Assembly (NCBI GenBank): GCA_963666285.1
Contig: OY762711.1
Source of the DNA: Sedimentisphaerales bacterium
Lineage (GTDB): Bacteria > Planctomycetota > Phycisphaerae > Sedimentisphaerales > SM23-30
DNA: 64,000 bases
Strand: one strand, 5' to 3'
Shown here in pieces: positions 28,471 to 39,282 of the stretch. A program made the translations under genes and the position numbers. The notes below the pieces were generated by a model. That model saw only the letters and a list, made by a program, of their open reading frames with translations, had not been told where the DNA came from and did no database searches. Numbering within the stretch: position 1 is the first letter of the stretch; each line of letters starts with the position of its first letter.

Positions 28471-29589
28471 ATGTCAATATTAGACTGTTACGGACAATTC
28501 AGGGCTATTTGCCGGCTGCAGCGAGCTAATGAGTTCGGCCGCCTTCATCATGCCTGCATCTTTCACGGGCCGGAAGGTGTTGGTAAATCTATGCTTGCAA
28601 AATTCTGGGCTCAGTCGCTGCTATGTGAAAATCCTGTCCAGCGACCATTAACAGATTATCCTGGATTTGATCCATCAAGTCCTATAGCTGTTGGAGAGGT
28701 GTCAGATTCATGTGGAGAATGTAAGGAATGCCATTTGGCAGAATCAGGTAATCACCCGGATATTCATATAATCAACCGTGATTTAGCCAGATTTACTTCA
28801 AAAAGTCGCTCCAGTCAGATCTTGTCGATGCCAATCGATGTTATTCGAGAGTATGTAATTGATCAGGCCTGTCATAGCCCGGTGCGAGGCAAAGCAAAGT
28901 TTTTTATTATTGAAGAAGCTGACACGATGCTTTGGCAGGCCCAGAATGCATTATTAAAGACATTAGAAGAGCCGCCTAATGATACTTTTCTTATACTGAT
29001 TACATCTCAGCCAGATAAATTTTTGCAGACAATACGTTCACGCTGCCAGATGGTTAGATTTGATTCTCTTAATACAAATATGATCAAGTCGAAGCTGGTT
29101 GAGCAGGACGTTGAAGCCAATGAGGCAGAATTTTGGGCAGAGTTTTCTGCCGGAAGTCTTGGACAGGCTTTGAATTTGGCAAAAATGGACATATATCATG
29201 TAAAAAAAGAACTTTATGAGAAAATAGCCAAGATAAGCTATCCTTCAGTGATAGACTTTTCGGAGTGGCTTGTTAGTACTGCAAAACAGTATGGTAAGAC
29301 CTATATCGAACATAATCCAAAACATTCATCTAGTGATGCTGCCCGCCAGGGACAATTACTTATGATAGGGCTTATGACTTACGCATTCAGGGCAGCTATG
29401 CTTTATTCTATTGACGGAAGAACGGTATGCCCTGATCAGGCAGGCTCAATTATAGAAATATCTACAAAGTTTGATAATGAAACTTTGAGTGAAATGATAC
29501 GTATCTCGCATAATGCTTGCCAGAGATTGGCTTCAAATGTAAATCCTTCTTTGACTTTCGAGTCACTTTTGTTAGACTATGCCATATGA
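28471..29589 (+). CDS. holB: DNA polymerase III subunit delta'
   Basis: GPEGVGK, CGECKEC..NHPD, AQNALLKTLEEPP, TIRSRCQ; start placed at ATG 28471. Confidence 0.92.
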   Translation: MSILDCYGQFRAICRLQRANEFGRLHHACIFHGPEGVGKSMLAKFWAQSLLCENPVQRPLTDYPGFDPSSPIAVGEVSDSCGECKECHLAESGNHPDIHIINRDLARFTSKSRSSQILSMPIDVIREYVIDQACHSPVRGKAKFFIIEEADTMLWQAQNALLKTLEEPPNDTFLILITSQPDKFLQTIRSRCQMVRFDSLNTNMIKSKLVEQDVEANEAEFWAEFSAGSLGQALNLAKMDIYHVKKELYEKIAKISYPSVIDFSEWLVSTAKQYGKTYIEHNPKHSSSDAARQGQLLMIGLMTYAFRAAMLYSIDGRTVCPDQAGSIIEISTKFDNETLSEMIRISHNACQRLASNVNPSLTFESLLLDYAI

Positions 29590-31118
29590 CAGAAAACCAA
29601 GAAAAACATGAACTTAACAATAACAGCCAGTCAGATGATTCTACTGTAAACCAGCAGGAACAAGCATCGGAACCGGCTGCCGATATTGAACAGCAAATAC
29701 CAGAGGAAAGTCAGGTTAGCCAAGAGCAATCCGAACCAATTGAAAGGGAAGTTACTTCTTTTGGTGTAGGTCAAAATAACCTGGAATATCCTGATGATGA
29801 TCAAGATATCGATGCAAATGCTGACCAGGCTGATAGTCAAGATGATAGTATTCGTGATGACAGGAAATATCAGTCAGATAGCCGTGGTAAAAAAAATGTT
29901 CAAAAGGGCGGTAAAAAACCTGATAAATATCGCAAACATATTTTATGCCGCTATGGAAAGATGGGTAATCTTGGTTATTTTGCCCATGATTTAGAGGATT
30001 TTCCCGATAAAGCTACCCATGTTATAGTTAACACGGACCGAGGTTTGGAAATTGCTCAGATTGTAGCTTATGATACCTGTCATAAGAAGGGTAATCTTAC
30101 AATAAAAGAAAGTAAGATAAATAAATACTGCTCAGATAGTTGTGACAATTTTCCACTGGATCGAAAAGGGGCTGTTGTAAGAGTTGCAAGTGAGCAGGAT
30201 GTGCGTGAACAGCAGCATTTGGAAGATGGGGTCGCCAAGGAGCTTAATTATTGTAATCAGCTAATCTCCGAGCAGAATCTGGACATGATTCTGGTTGATG
30301 CCGAACGGTTATTTGGTGGTGAGCGGATTATATTTTATTTTATGGCAGATGGGCGAGTTGATTTTCGTCAGTTAGTCAAAGATTTGGCGCAGCAGTATCA
30401 GACCAGAATCGAGATGCGTCAGATTGGCGCCAGGGATGAAGCCCGGCTTGTGGCAGATTTTGAAACGTGCGGAAGAGAATGCTGCTGCAGAAGTTTCTTA
30501 AAAGTTTTGTATCCTGTAAATATGAGAATGGCTAAACTGCAAAAGGCAACACTTGATCCAAGCAAGATTTCCGGTCGCTGCGGCAGGCTAAAATGTTGTC
30601 TTCGTTTTGAAGATGAGGTATATAACGAGCATAAAAAGAAACTACCCAAAAAGAACAGTGTTGTCCTGACAAGTGAAGGTCATGGCAAGGTTATTGATAC
30701 TCATGTACTTACTTTGCTTGTAAAGGTTTTTCTGACAGAGACAAGTCGTTTAGTTGTAGTAGACCTGGAAGATATACTTGAATTTAATTATACCCCTCCG
30801 GAAAAACCTGAAGTTCCGGAAAATGAGGAAAAATCAAATGATTCTGCCAGAAACAATCAATCTCGCAATAAAGGCAGAAATGGTAATGGCAGGGGTAGAA
30901 ACGGAAATAGCAAACAAAAACGCGACAATAACCGTGAAAAACAAAATGACGAACAGCAGCCAGATGATAGTCAGGATAATTCACAGCAGCTTGAAAATGG
31001 AGAAGACAAGCCGAAGAAAAAGAGAAGGCGTCGCAGGCGAAAGAAAAAGAGTTCCGATGGAAACTCAAATCAGGATTCTTCAGGGAATAATGGAGATTCC
31101 GGTGGAAATGAAAATTAA
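29586..31118 (+). CDS. ricT: PSP1-domain / RicT (YaaT) family protein with long disordered termini
   Basis: FYFMADGRVDFRQLVKDL, RQIGARDEA, CGRECCC, KISGRCGRLKCCLRFE; ATGA overlap with holB. Confidence 0.88.
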   Translation: MTENQEKHELNNNSQSDDSTVNQQEQASEPAADIEQQIPEESQVSQEQSEPIEREVTSFGVGQNNLEYPDDDQDIDANADQADSQDDSIRDDRKYQSDSRGKKNVQKGGKKPDKYRKHILCRYGKMGNLGYFAHDLEDFPDKATHVIVNTDRGLEIAQIVAYDTCHKKGNLTIKESKINKYCSDSCDNFPLDRKGAVVRVASEQDVREQQHLEDGVAKELNYCNQLISEQNLDMILVDAERLFGGERIIFYFMADGRVDFRQLVKDLAQQYQTRIEMRQIGARDEARLVADFETCGRECCCRSFLKVLYPVNMRMAKLQKATLDPSKISGRCGRLKCCLRFEDEVYNEHKKKLPKKNSVVLTSEGHGKVIDTHVLTLLVKVFLTETSRLVVVDLEDILEFNYTPPEKPEVPENEEKSNDSARNNQSRNKGRNGNGRGRNGNSKQKRDNNREKQNDEQQPDDSQDNSQQLENGEDKPKKKRRRRRRKKKSSDGNSNQDSSGNNGDSGGNEN

Positions 31119-31152
31119 GATTAGTTGAAAAGAACCAAAACAGAACAAAATT

Positions 31153-33168
31153 ATGACTAGAAAACTATTAGTAACATCTGCTTTACCTTATGCCAATGGC
31201 TCAATTCATATCGGTCATCTGGTAGAATATTTACAAACTGATATCTGGGTACGCTTCCAGAAATTAATTGGGAATGAATGTCATTATTTCTGTGCAGACG
31301 ATACCCATGGTACGCCTATCATGATTCGTGCCCGTAAAGAAGGTATTACTCCCGAAGAGCTAATTGGCAAGATGCACGAAGAACATCTTCGCGACTTTAC
31401 TGCTTTCGATATTGAGTTTGATAATTACTATTCTACTCATTCCCCTGAAAACAAAGAACTGGCCTCTATGATTTATACCCGGCTCAAAGAGGCGGGGCAC
31501 ATTTCCAGTCGTGAAGTTGAACAGGCATATTGTGAGCATGACAAGATGTTTCTGCCGGACAGGTTTATTCGAGGGACATGTCCAAAATGTAAGGCAGAAG
31601 ATCAGTATGGCGATAATTGTGAAGTTTGTAATGCAACTTATACTCCGCTTGATCTTATCAAGCCGGCCTGCAGCATTTGTGGTAATCCGCCGGTGCAGAA
31701 GAAGTCTACTCATTTCTTTTTCAAATTAGCTGACTTTGAGCCGCAACTCAAGGAATGGATCCACGGTGGTCACGTTCACCAGCAGGTAGCTAATAAACTT
31801 CAGGAATGGTTTGATCAGGGCCTTCGTGACTGGGATATTTCTCGTGATGCTCCTTATTTTGGTTTTGAGATTCCGGGCGAAGAGGGTAAATTTTTCTATG
31901 TCTGGCTTGATGCACCGGTTGGTTATATTGCCAGTACCAAAAACTATTGTGAGAAGAATGGTCTGAACTGGGAAGATTTCTGGATTAATGATGATACTGA
32001 GATCCACCATTTTATTGGAAAAGATATTACTTATTTTCATGCTTTGTTCTGGCCTGCGATGCTGATGGGTGCCGAGCTGAAAACACCTGACAGACTGGCT
32101 ATTCACGGATTTCTGACTGTAAATGGCGAAAAGATGAGCAAAAGTCGTGGTACATTTATTAGTGCATCAACATATCTTAATCATCTTGACCCCCAGTATC
32201 TAAGGTACTATTATTTCTGTAAACTTGGGCCGGATACCGGCGATGTCGATCTGAGCCTGGAAGATTTTGTCAGTCGAGTCAACAGCGATCTTATCGGTAA
32301 TATTGTAAACCTGGCAAGTCGTTCTGCCCAGATGCTTGGCAAGAACTTTGATGGTAAATGCGGAAAACTAAGCGAAGAAGCTCGCAAACTGCTTACAGGT
32401 CTCAAAGATGCGTCTGCCGAGATAGCTGAAAGTTATGAAACACGTAATTTTGCAACTGCTGCACGAAAGATTCGTGCCCTGGCAGATGAGGTAAACAAAT
32501 ATTTTGATGAACGCAAACCTTGGGTGGCTATAAAAGAAGATAAGGAACATGCATTAGAGTCATTGACAGCTACTCTCAATGCGGTTCGGATTCTTACCAC
32601 TTATGTGAAGCCGGTACTGCCGGTTCATGCGGAAAAAATAGAAAAGTTATTAAATATCAGTCCGCTCACCTGGGCAAATATTGCCGATGAGCTGGAAGAT
32701 CATCAGATAAACAAATTTGAAAGATTAATGGAAAGGGTTGACCCTAAAAAGGTAGAAGCTATGGTAGAAGAAAGTAAAGAACAACAGGCAGCGGAACAGG
32801 CTCCTGCAGCAACCGGTCCACTGGCAGAAGATCCAATAGCAGAGGAAATTGATTTTGACCAGTTTATGAAGGTTGACCTTCGTGTTGCTGAGATTGTCGA
32901 AGCGGAAATAATTGAAGAAGCTGATAAGTTGCTTCGCTTCCAGGTTGACCTGGGCGGCGAAAGACGCCAGATTATTGCCGGTATACGCAAGGCATACAAA
33001 CCGGAAGATATGATCGGCCGCAAGGTTGTTATTGTTGCCAACCTGAAGCCTCGCAAGATGAAATTTGGAATGTCTGAGGGTATGATAATTGCAGCCGGTC
33101 CTGGCGGCGAGGAAGTATTTGTGACCAGTCCTGACGAAGGGGCCAAACCCGGACAGAGACTGCACTAA
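31153..33168 (+). CDS. metG: Methionine--tRNA ligase
   Basis: ALPYANGSIHIGH, KMSKS, C-terminal tRNA-binding OB domain. Confidence 0.98.
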   Translation: MTRKLLVTSALPYANGSIHIGHLVEYLQTDIWVRFQKLIGNECHYFCADDTHGTPIMIRARKEGITPEELIGKMHEEHLRDFTAFDIEFDNYYSTHSPENKELASMIYTRLKEAGHISSREVEQAYCEHDKMFLPDRFIRGTCPKCKAEDQYGDNCEVCNATYTPLDLIKPACSICGNPPVQKKSTHFFFKLADFEPQLKEWIHGGHVHQQVANKLQEWFDQGLRDWDISRDAPYFGFEIPGEEGKFFYVWLDAPVGYIASTKNYCEKNGLNWEDFWINDDTEIHHFIGKDITYFHALFWPAMLMGAELKTPDRLAIHGFLTVNGEKMSKSRGTFISASTYLNHLDPQYLRYYYFCKLGPDTGDVDLSLEDFVSRVNSDLIGNIVNLASRSAQMLGKNFDGKCGKLSEEARKLLTGLKDASAEIAESYETRNFATAARKIRALADEVNKYFDERKPWVAIKEDKEHALESLTATLNAVRILTTYVKPVLPVHAEKIEKLLNISPLTWANIADELEDHQINKFERLMERVDPKKVEAMVEESKEQQAAEQAPAATGPLAEDPIAEEIDFDQFMKVDLRVAEIVEAEIIEEADKLLRFQVDLGGERRQIIAGIRKAYKPEDMIGRKVVIVANLKPRKMKFGMSEGMIIAAGPGGEEVFVTSPDEGAKPGQRLH

Positions 33169-33228
33169 GGCATTTTGGTTATTTTCAAGCCAAAGATGTG
33201 TTTTTGCCGGTAATATACATATGAATTC

Positions 33229-33268
33229 AAACAGTGAGCATTGTATTGTATTGCTCGCTGTTTTTTTT
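33229..33268 (+). terminator. Intrinsic terminator after metG
   Basis: ACAGTGAGCA / TGCTCGCTGT followed by a T run. Confidence 0.75.
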
Positions 33269-33285
33269 GTAGTTTTTTTGTTATT

Positions 33286-34773
33286 CTACTTCATTTCGTA
33301 TATGGTGTAATTATGAAGATATTCTTCTAATTCTTCAGCAGTGCCAAAATTCCCGTCGATTAGCTTATCTATTATATCTTTAATTTTCACAGAACTTTTA
33401 TCGGTTTTTGACCAGATAAAGTATTTCGTAATAACTTCATTTTTAGTAATTGGCTGATAGCCGTATAAATCGGAAGATGTAAATATGTCCTGGATTAGCA
33501 GGTTCTTCTTATAAGCTTTTAATATCTCCAGGCTATCTGCGTATCGGCCGTTTTCATTTTTATACATTTCATTGGCCAACATTATCTTTAGTATTTCCTG
33601 ACCGGCTATACTATTACCTATTATATTTATGTAGCCTATGATATCCGGGAAGGCATCTTTCACCGGATTGTAAATATGGTTTCCAAGCTGGTTAACTTTA
33701 TGGCTGATAGTTTTGAATTCTTTTTGCATTCTATGAAAATCATATTGGCTTGCCGTTTGTAGCTTTTGGCTTATTTCAAGGTATTTAATTGCGTTCAGTT
33801 TAGTCAGTCCGCTGTATTTATAAAATTTAGCTTCATCATGGTCAACTGAAGAGTCCCATTTCTGATGGTGGTGGTATTCTCTTAGTCTGAAAATCATAAA
33901 AACAGATTCTGTTTGCAGTATAGAAGGTAATACTGCTTTATGGTCAATAGGAATAATCTGGCTGTATAACCTGGCGAGCTGGTAATTGGTGATAATATTT
34001 TCTTTAATAATCCACCTGATTGTGTCGTCCAGAATATTCCTGCAATTAATAGAAACTGTCATTTGATAAAACGATAAAGGTCTATTCTGACTTGACCTAT
34101 TGACTACTTCGTACCATTTGCATAATAAGTTAACAGCTTCATCGATTTTACCATCATTTACATATGATATTGCCAGATATTGAACCAATAAAGTTGCCTG
34201 TTCAAATTCGTATAAACCTTCACTGCCAGATTCAAAGCCTTTTCTCCAGTTTGTTTTATCGCGAAACCGGCTGATGTTCATAGCTTCTGATAATGCCTGG
34301 ACTTGTTTTGTATTGGCCTCAAGGTATTTTGGAAGATTTTCTTTATCTTTATAGCTCATATTGAATATATCATATGGCCTATATCCATATATCGGAGGGG
34401 TATCTTCATCCTGACTGTTTGTTTGTAATGTAGAACTCATGCCAGAGATCGGTCCCATACCACCCATACCTGGCATTGGCATGCCCATTCCCATGCTCAT
34501 ACCCGGTCTAAAACGATCCGGTTCTGTCGGCCAGTCTTCCAGTTTGCCGGCAATTAGAATATAATCAACGGCATTATCTCGGTTTTTGTCTTTTTCTGCT
34601 ATTTTTGCCAGGTCAACAAAAGTAACAGGTTGGCCATTTGAACGTAATTCTTTCTCAGCAGTTTCCAGCTTATTAGAGACTGATTTAACCCATACAAAAT
34701 ATAGTACTATCGGAGTGATAACGGTGATTACAACCAGAATACGCCAGTATAGCAGATAATTCTTTTTTGCCAT
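33286..34773 (-). CDS. Membrane-anchored hypothetical protein, paralog 1 of 4
   Basis: MAKKN..WR + TM segment; GxPVT motif; C-terminal ANEMYKNENGRYADSLE. Confidence 0.85.
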   Translation of the reverse strand: MAKKNYLLYWRILVVITVITPIVLYFVWVKSVSNKLETAEKELRSNGQPVTFVDLAKIAEKDKNRDNAVDYILIAGKLEDWPTEPDRFRPGMSMGMGMPMPGMGGMGPISGMSSTLQTNSQDEDTPPIYGYRPYDIFNMSYKDKENLPKYLEANTKQVQALSEAMNISRFRDKTNWRKGFESGSEGLYEFEQATLLVQYLAISYVNDGKIDEAVNLLCKWYEVVNRSSQNRPLSFYQMTVSINCRNILDDTIRWIIKENIITNYQLARLYSQIIPIDHKAVLPSILQTESVFMIFRLREYHHHQKWDSSVDHDEAKFYKYSGLTKLNAIKYLEISQKLQTASQYDFHRMQKEFKTISHKVNQLGNHIYNPVKDAFPDIIGYINIIGNSIAGQEILKIMLANEMYKNENGRYADSLEILKAYKKNLLIQDIFTSSDLYGYQPITKNEVITKYFIWSKTDKSSVKIKDIIDKLIDGNFGTAEELEEYLHNYTIYEMK

Positions 34774-34786
34774 ATAATTCTTCCTG

Positions 34787-36220
34787 TTACTTGGCTTTTA
34801 TACGGTAAATTATAAATTCTTTGTCATGATTGTCCGGCAGTTCTTTGATGGAATTCAAGTCGTCAGCAATCATTTTGTCAATAACATCTTTAATTTCACT
34901 ATAGGTTTTATCCGATTTGGACCAGATAAAATATTCTAATATTTTATTGTCGGTTGTGATTGTTCTATATCCAAATTGGTCACTGGCAGTAAACATGTCA
35001 TTGATGTCGAGGTCAGGCTTATATTGTTTTAGAGTTTCCAGGTTTTCTGCGTATGTTTCATTATTATTTTTGTACATTTCGTTGGCGATTATGATTTTAA
35101 GTATTTGCTGGCCGGCTTTTGTTCTATGCATCGAAACGGCAAATCTTGATGTTGGTGGAAAGAAAATTCTGAATGGTCTGTAGATGAACCTGTTAGAATT
35201 CTCAATTTCCAGATCAATTTTTTTTGCTGTTTGCATATTTGCCATTTGGAAGTATTCATATTTAGATGTTTGTTTGAGTTTGTCACAAGTTTCGTAATAT
35301 TTTATAGCATTAAGCTTTGTTAGGCCGCTATAGTAATAAAAATAACTTTCAATATCACTTAAATCGATATCCAATTCATTCAGTCTGTTGTATTTTTCTA
35401 AAAATGTCAATCCAAAAACTATTTCTGTTTCATATGCTCTTGGAATAATTTCTTTGCAATCGACAGGCTTTATCGAATTGTACAGTCTGGATAATTGTTC
35501 ATCATTCAGATTGATTTCACTTATCATCCAGTTTGCAGTTTCGTTTAGTAAAGAAATGCATCCAATAGATACAAGAGCCTGGATTATGGTGTATGGTCGG
35601 TTATCTGAAGAGTTGTTAACAAGATTGTACCAGTTACAGAGCAGGCTGACAGCAGATTCAATTTCTCCATCGTGAACCAGGTCGATAGTTTTGTGCTGTA
35701 TGAGCCTGGTTGCATCTTTATAGTTTGAGAGACTTGGCAGTAGGACATTAATTCCATCAAGCCAGTCTGTTTTTTCGGCATACCAGCCGATTTTTATTGC
35801 GTTATCAATTGCTTCCAGTTGAGGTTTGTGAGCTTTTAAATATTCCTTGAGATTAACTTTGTCCTGGTCGGTCATTTGGAAGATATTTTCAGGATAATAA
35901 CCGTAAACCGGCACCTCATCAGTTGTGTTATGTCTTTTCATGCCTATCCCTCGAGCATCGGAGTCGGGGGCAGGCGGCCAATCTTTGATTTCGCCGGCTT
36001 CAATGATGTATTCAAATGCGTTTTCTTTGTTTTCATACTGTGCGGCTATCTCTGCCAGGTTTTCTAAAGTTACCGGGTTACCGGCAGCTTTCATTTTTTC
36101 TTTGATTGATTTTAGCTGGTATGAGATAGTTTCCAGCCAGATTATGTATAACAGAATCGGTGTAAACAGTAATGCAATTAGTATATTTCTCCAGCAGAAT
36201 ATATTCTTTTTTGCCATCAT
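34787..36220 (-). CDS. Membrane-anchored hypothetical protein, paralog 2 of 4
   Basis: Full-length similarity to its neighbours. Confidence 0.85.
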   Translation of the reverse strand: MMAKKNIFCWRNILIALLFTPILLYIIWLETISYQLKSIKEKMKAAGNPVTLENLAEIAAQYENKENAFEYIIEAGEIKDWPPAPDSDARGIGMKRHNTTDEVPVYGYYPENIFQMTDQDKVNLKEYLKAHKPQLEAIDNAIKIGWYAEKTDWLDGINVLLPSLSNYKDATRLIQHKTIDLVHDGEIESAVSLLCNWYNLVNNSSDNRPYTIIQALVSIGCISLLNETANWMISEINLNDEQLSRLYNSIKPVDCKEIIPRAYETEIVFGLTFLEKYNRLNELDIDLSDIESYFYYYSGLTKLNAIKYYETCDKLKQTSKYEYFQMANMQTAKKIDLEIENSNRFIYRPFRIFFPPTSRFAVSMHRTKAGQQILKIIIANEMYKNNNETYAENLETLKQYKPDLDINDMFTASDQFGYRTITTDNKILEYFIWSKSDKTYSEIKDVIDKMIADDLNSIKELPDNHDKEFIIYRIKAK

Positions 36221-36228
36221 TTATTCCT

Positions 36229-37644
36229 TTATTTAGTCTTTACTCTGTAGATTCGTAAATGTTCTTTGCTGATACTATCCGGCAGGTCATTCACAGTGTC
36301 CATATTTTCGGAGATCATATTATCTATAATAGATTGTATTTCGATGTCAGTTTTATCTGTTCTTGACCAGATGAAATATTCTTCGGTTTTACCGTTGACA
36401 GTTACAGGTTTATAACCAAGTGTGTCTGTTTTAGTGAATATATCATTGATTTCCAGGTCGGGTTTATATTGTTTGAGTATTTCGAGACTGTCGGCATAAC
36501 TGCCATTGTCATTCTTGTGCATTTCGTTTGCAATAATTACTTTTAAAATATTTTCTTTCGATAGTATCATTCCAGTTAGGAAAATAAAATGATTGTATGG
36601 GCTGGCAGTATTCAATGGTTTGTAAATAATTTTTTTGGCTAGTTTTTCGATATCATGGTCTATTGTTTTAGACTCCTTATAAGTGTCATAAAATGGCAAC
36701 TGGCATGCCCCCATATACCTTTCATAGAACTCACTGTATCTGCCGGCATTAAGTTTATTAAGGCCGCTATACGTAAAAATTAATCTTACTACTTTATAGC
36801 CACCTGAATAATTACTGGCATCAAGTTGAGTTAATTCTGTGAGAATATATACACTATTATTTTGAACAGCTCTTTTAATTATTTGGTGATGATCAAAAAT
36901 GTTTATGGCAGAGTATTGCTTGCTCAATTGTTCATTAGTTAATTCTTTTTCTCTTAGCAGCCAAAAGATACAATCATCCAGTAGACCCAGTTCCGAAAAA
37001 GAAACAAGGTCATGAATTAAATATCGAGGTTCATTGTTTAATGAGTTGTAAATGACAGAATGCCACCGACTAAGCCATTCAATGGCTTCATCTATCCTAC
37101 CGTCGAATATCAGGTCAATTGCCTTGTATTTGGCTAGTTTTGTGGCCTCTTTAATTATCGCTAATGGTGGAAGAATCAAATCTAAGCCGTCTTCCCATTT
37201 TATTCGGCCCTGGTACCAACCGATATTCATTGCTTTGCAAAGGCTGTCAAGTTGTGTTTGGTTGTCTTTGAGGTATTTTTTCAGGTTTAGTCTATCCTGC
37301 TCTGTCATGTCAAAAAAGTCGGCAGGCATGTAACCATAGGGTAATTCAGGCGGTGCTGAAATGGTCTTTGCTGTACCAATACCTGAAACATCTGGGCTAA
37401 TCTGCCATTTTTCGATATTTCCAGCTTCAATGATGTATTCTAATGCATTTTCTCTATTTTCATTCTGTGCGGCTATCTCTGCCAGGTCTTCAAAAGTTAC
37501 CGGATTTCCGGCAGCTCTCATTTCTTCTTTGATAGATTTCAGCTGGTATGTGATTATCTCCAGCCAGATAATATAAAACAGTATAAAAGTGAGCAGTATC
37601 AATATTATTATATTTCGCCAGCAGAATATATTCTTTTTTGCCAT
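36229..37644 (-). CDS. Membrane-anchored hypothetical protein, paralog 3 of 4
   Basis: Full-length similarity to its neighbours. Confidence 0.85.
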   Translation of the reverse strand: MAKKNIFCWRNIIILILLTFILFYIIWLEIITYQLKSIKEEMRAAGNPVTFEDLAEIAAQNENRENALEYIIEAGNIEKWQISPDVSGIGTAKTISAPPELPYGYMPADFFDMTEQDRLNLKKYLKDNQTQLDSLCKAMNIGWYQGRIKWEDGLDLILPPLAIIKEATKLAKYKAIDLIFDGRIDEAIEWLSRWHSVIYNSLNNEPRYLIHDLVSFSELGLLDDCIFWLLREKELTNEQLSKQYSAINIFDHHQIIKRAVQNNSVYILTELTQLDASNYSGGYKVVRLIFTYSGLNKLNAGRYSEFYERYMGACQLPFYDTYKESKTIDHDIEKLAKKIIYKPLNTASPYNHFIFLTGMILSKENILKVIIANEMHKNDNGSYADSLEILKQYKPDLEINDIFTKTDTLGYKPVTVNGKTEEYFIWSRTDKTDIEIQSIIDNMISENMDTVNDLPDSISKEHLRIYRVKTK

Positions 37645-37657
37645 ACTATGCTTTCAG

Positions 37658-39115
37658 TTATTTGGATTTGATTCTGTAAATTATAAAATCATTATCAAAA
37701 TCGTCAGACAGATCGTTGGTGGAATTCAAGTCGTCAGCGATCATTTTGTCAATAACATCTTTAATGTCACTGTCAGTTTTATCCGTTTTTGACCAAGTAA
37801 AATATTCTAATATTTTATTGTCGGTTGTGATTGTTCTATATCCAAACTGGTCACTGGCAGTAAACATGTCATTGATGTCGAGGTCAGGCTTATATTGTTT
37901 AAGAACCTCAAGGCTTTCTGCGTAATTGCCTTTTTCGTTCTTATACATCTCGTTTGCGAGAATAATTTTCAGGATTTCCTGGGTTGCGGTACTCTTGCCA
38001 ATGAGAAAAGTAACTCTGTCCATTGCAGGAAATACATCTTTAATTGGTTTATAGATAATTTTTCCAAGTTTTTCAATTTCCTGTCCGATTGTTTCGTATT
38101 CTTTTTTCATATGATAATAATCATACTGGCTTGCTGCTATGTACTTTTCTATTGCTTCGCTATGTTTTATCGCATTCAGTTTTGCCAGTCCGCTGTATCC
38201 ATAAATTTTAGCCTCAGCCGGTTGTACGGAAGAATACGATATGTTATAATTCTGGTAATCTGTCAGGCAGGAAAGGGCAAAAACGGCCTCAGTCTGCAGT
38301 ATCTGCGGAAGTATAGTAATATGGTCTATAGGCTTAATTTGTTCATATAGACGTGTAAGCTGTTCATTTGTCAGGGAATTTTCTCTCAGCATCCATCTTA
38401 CCGTATCGTCCAGCAGGTATCTGCAGCTTATAGAAACCAACGCCTGTATGAGGGTGTATGGTCTATTCTGATTTGACTGCTGTATCATATCATACCACGA
38501 ATTCAGCAGATTAACTGCTTCATCAATCTTGTTATTATTTACATACGAAATAGCCTGGTATTTTACCAGACTGGTTACATGCTTGAGTTCTGATAATCCC
38601 TCCCAAATACCATCCTCTCCATCTTGCCAGTTTATCCTTTCTGCATACCAGCCGATCTTAATAGCATTGTTTAATGCCTCAAGTTGTGTTTTATTAGCTT
38701 TGAGATATATGTCAAGATTTTGCTTATCTTCTTCATTCAGGTTGAAAAAATCCATTGGCATATAGCCATAGACAGGTGGCTTTTTTTCTTCTGGTGTTGC
38801 TGTTGAAACTGTTGTAGCTGGCACGCCCATGCCCATTCCAGGCATTCCCATACCTCCGGCAATCGGCTTGGTTGGCCATTCTTCCAGACTGCTGGCTTCC
38901 ATTATATAGTTTATTGCGTTTGTCTTATCGTTATTTTCTGCTGCAATATTAGCCAGGTCTTCAAAAGTTACCGGATTTCCGGCAGCTCTCATTTCTTCTT
39001 TGATAGATTTCAGCTGGTAAGATACCGTTTCCCGCCATATCACATATGATATTATGGGTGTCAGAAGAATTACTATGATTATATTTCTCCAGCAGAATAC
39101 ATTCTTTTTTGCCAT
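37658..39115 (-). CDS. Membrane-anchored hypothetical protein, paralog 4 of 4
   Basis: Full-length similarity; start set at MAKKN (ATG 39115). Confidence 0.85.
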   Translation of the reverse strand: MAKKNVFCWRNIIIVILLTPIISYVIWRETVSYQLKSIKEEMRAAGNPVTFEDLANIAAENNDKTNAINYIMEASSLEEWPTKPIAGGMGMPGMGMGVPATTVSTATPEEKKPPVYGYMPMDFFNLNEEDKQNLDIYLKANKTQLEALNNAIKIGWYAERINWQDGEDGIWEGLSELKHVTSLVKYQAISYVNNNKIDEAVNLLNSWYDMIQQSNQNRPYTLIQALVSISCRYLLDDTVRWMLRENSLTNEQLTRLYEQIKPIDHITILPQILQTEAVFALSCLTDYQNYNISYSSVQPAEAKIYGYSGLAKLNAIKHSEAIEKYIAASQYDYYHMKKEYETIGQEIEKLGKIIYKPIKDVFPAMDRVTFLIGKSTATQEILKIILANEMYKNEKGNYAESLEVLKQYKPDLDINDMFTASDQFGYRTITTDNKILEYFTWSKTDKTDSDIKDVIDKMIADDLNSTNDLSDDFDNDFIIYRIKSK

Positions 39116-39282
39116 GAACAATCCCTTTCATAACTCTTAGTTGCTATTTAATTTGAATTCCAAACAAGTCATAATATCTATAATAACAATTTTGGAAATG
39201 AAATTATAACAAAAAAACCATTGCTGTAAAAAATAGCAATGGTCTGGTATGTTTCTGGGTAGTTGTGTGTAAATGTGTCTTT

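Noticed and set aside
33286..39115. Diversity-generating retroelement (TR/VR) explanation for the shared tracts
   Set aside because: Differences between the C-terminal copies are not adenine-specific, and no reverse transcriptase is present in the window.
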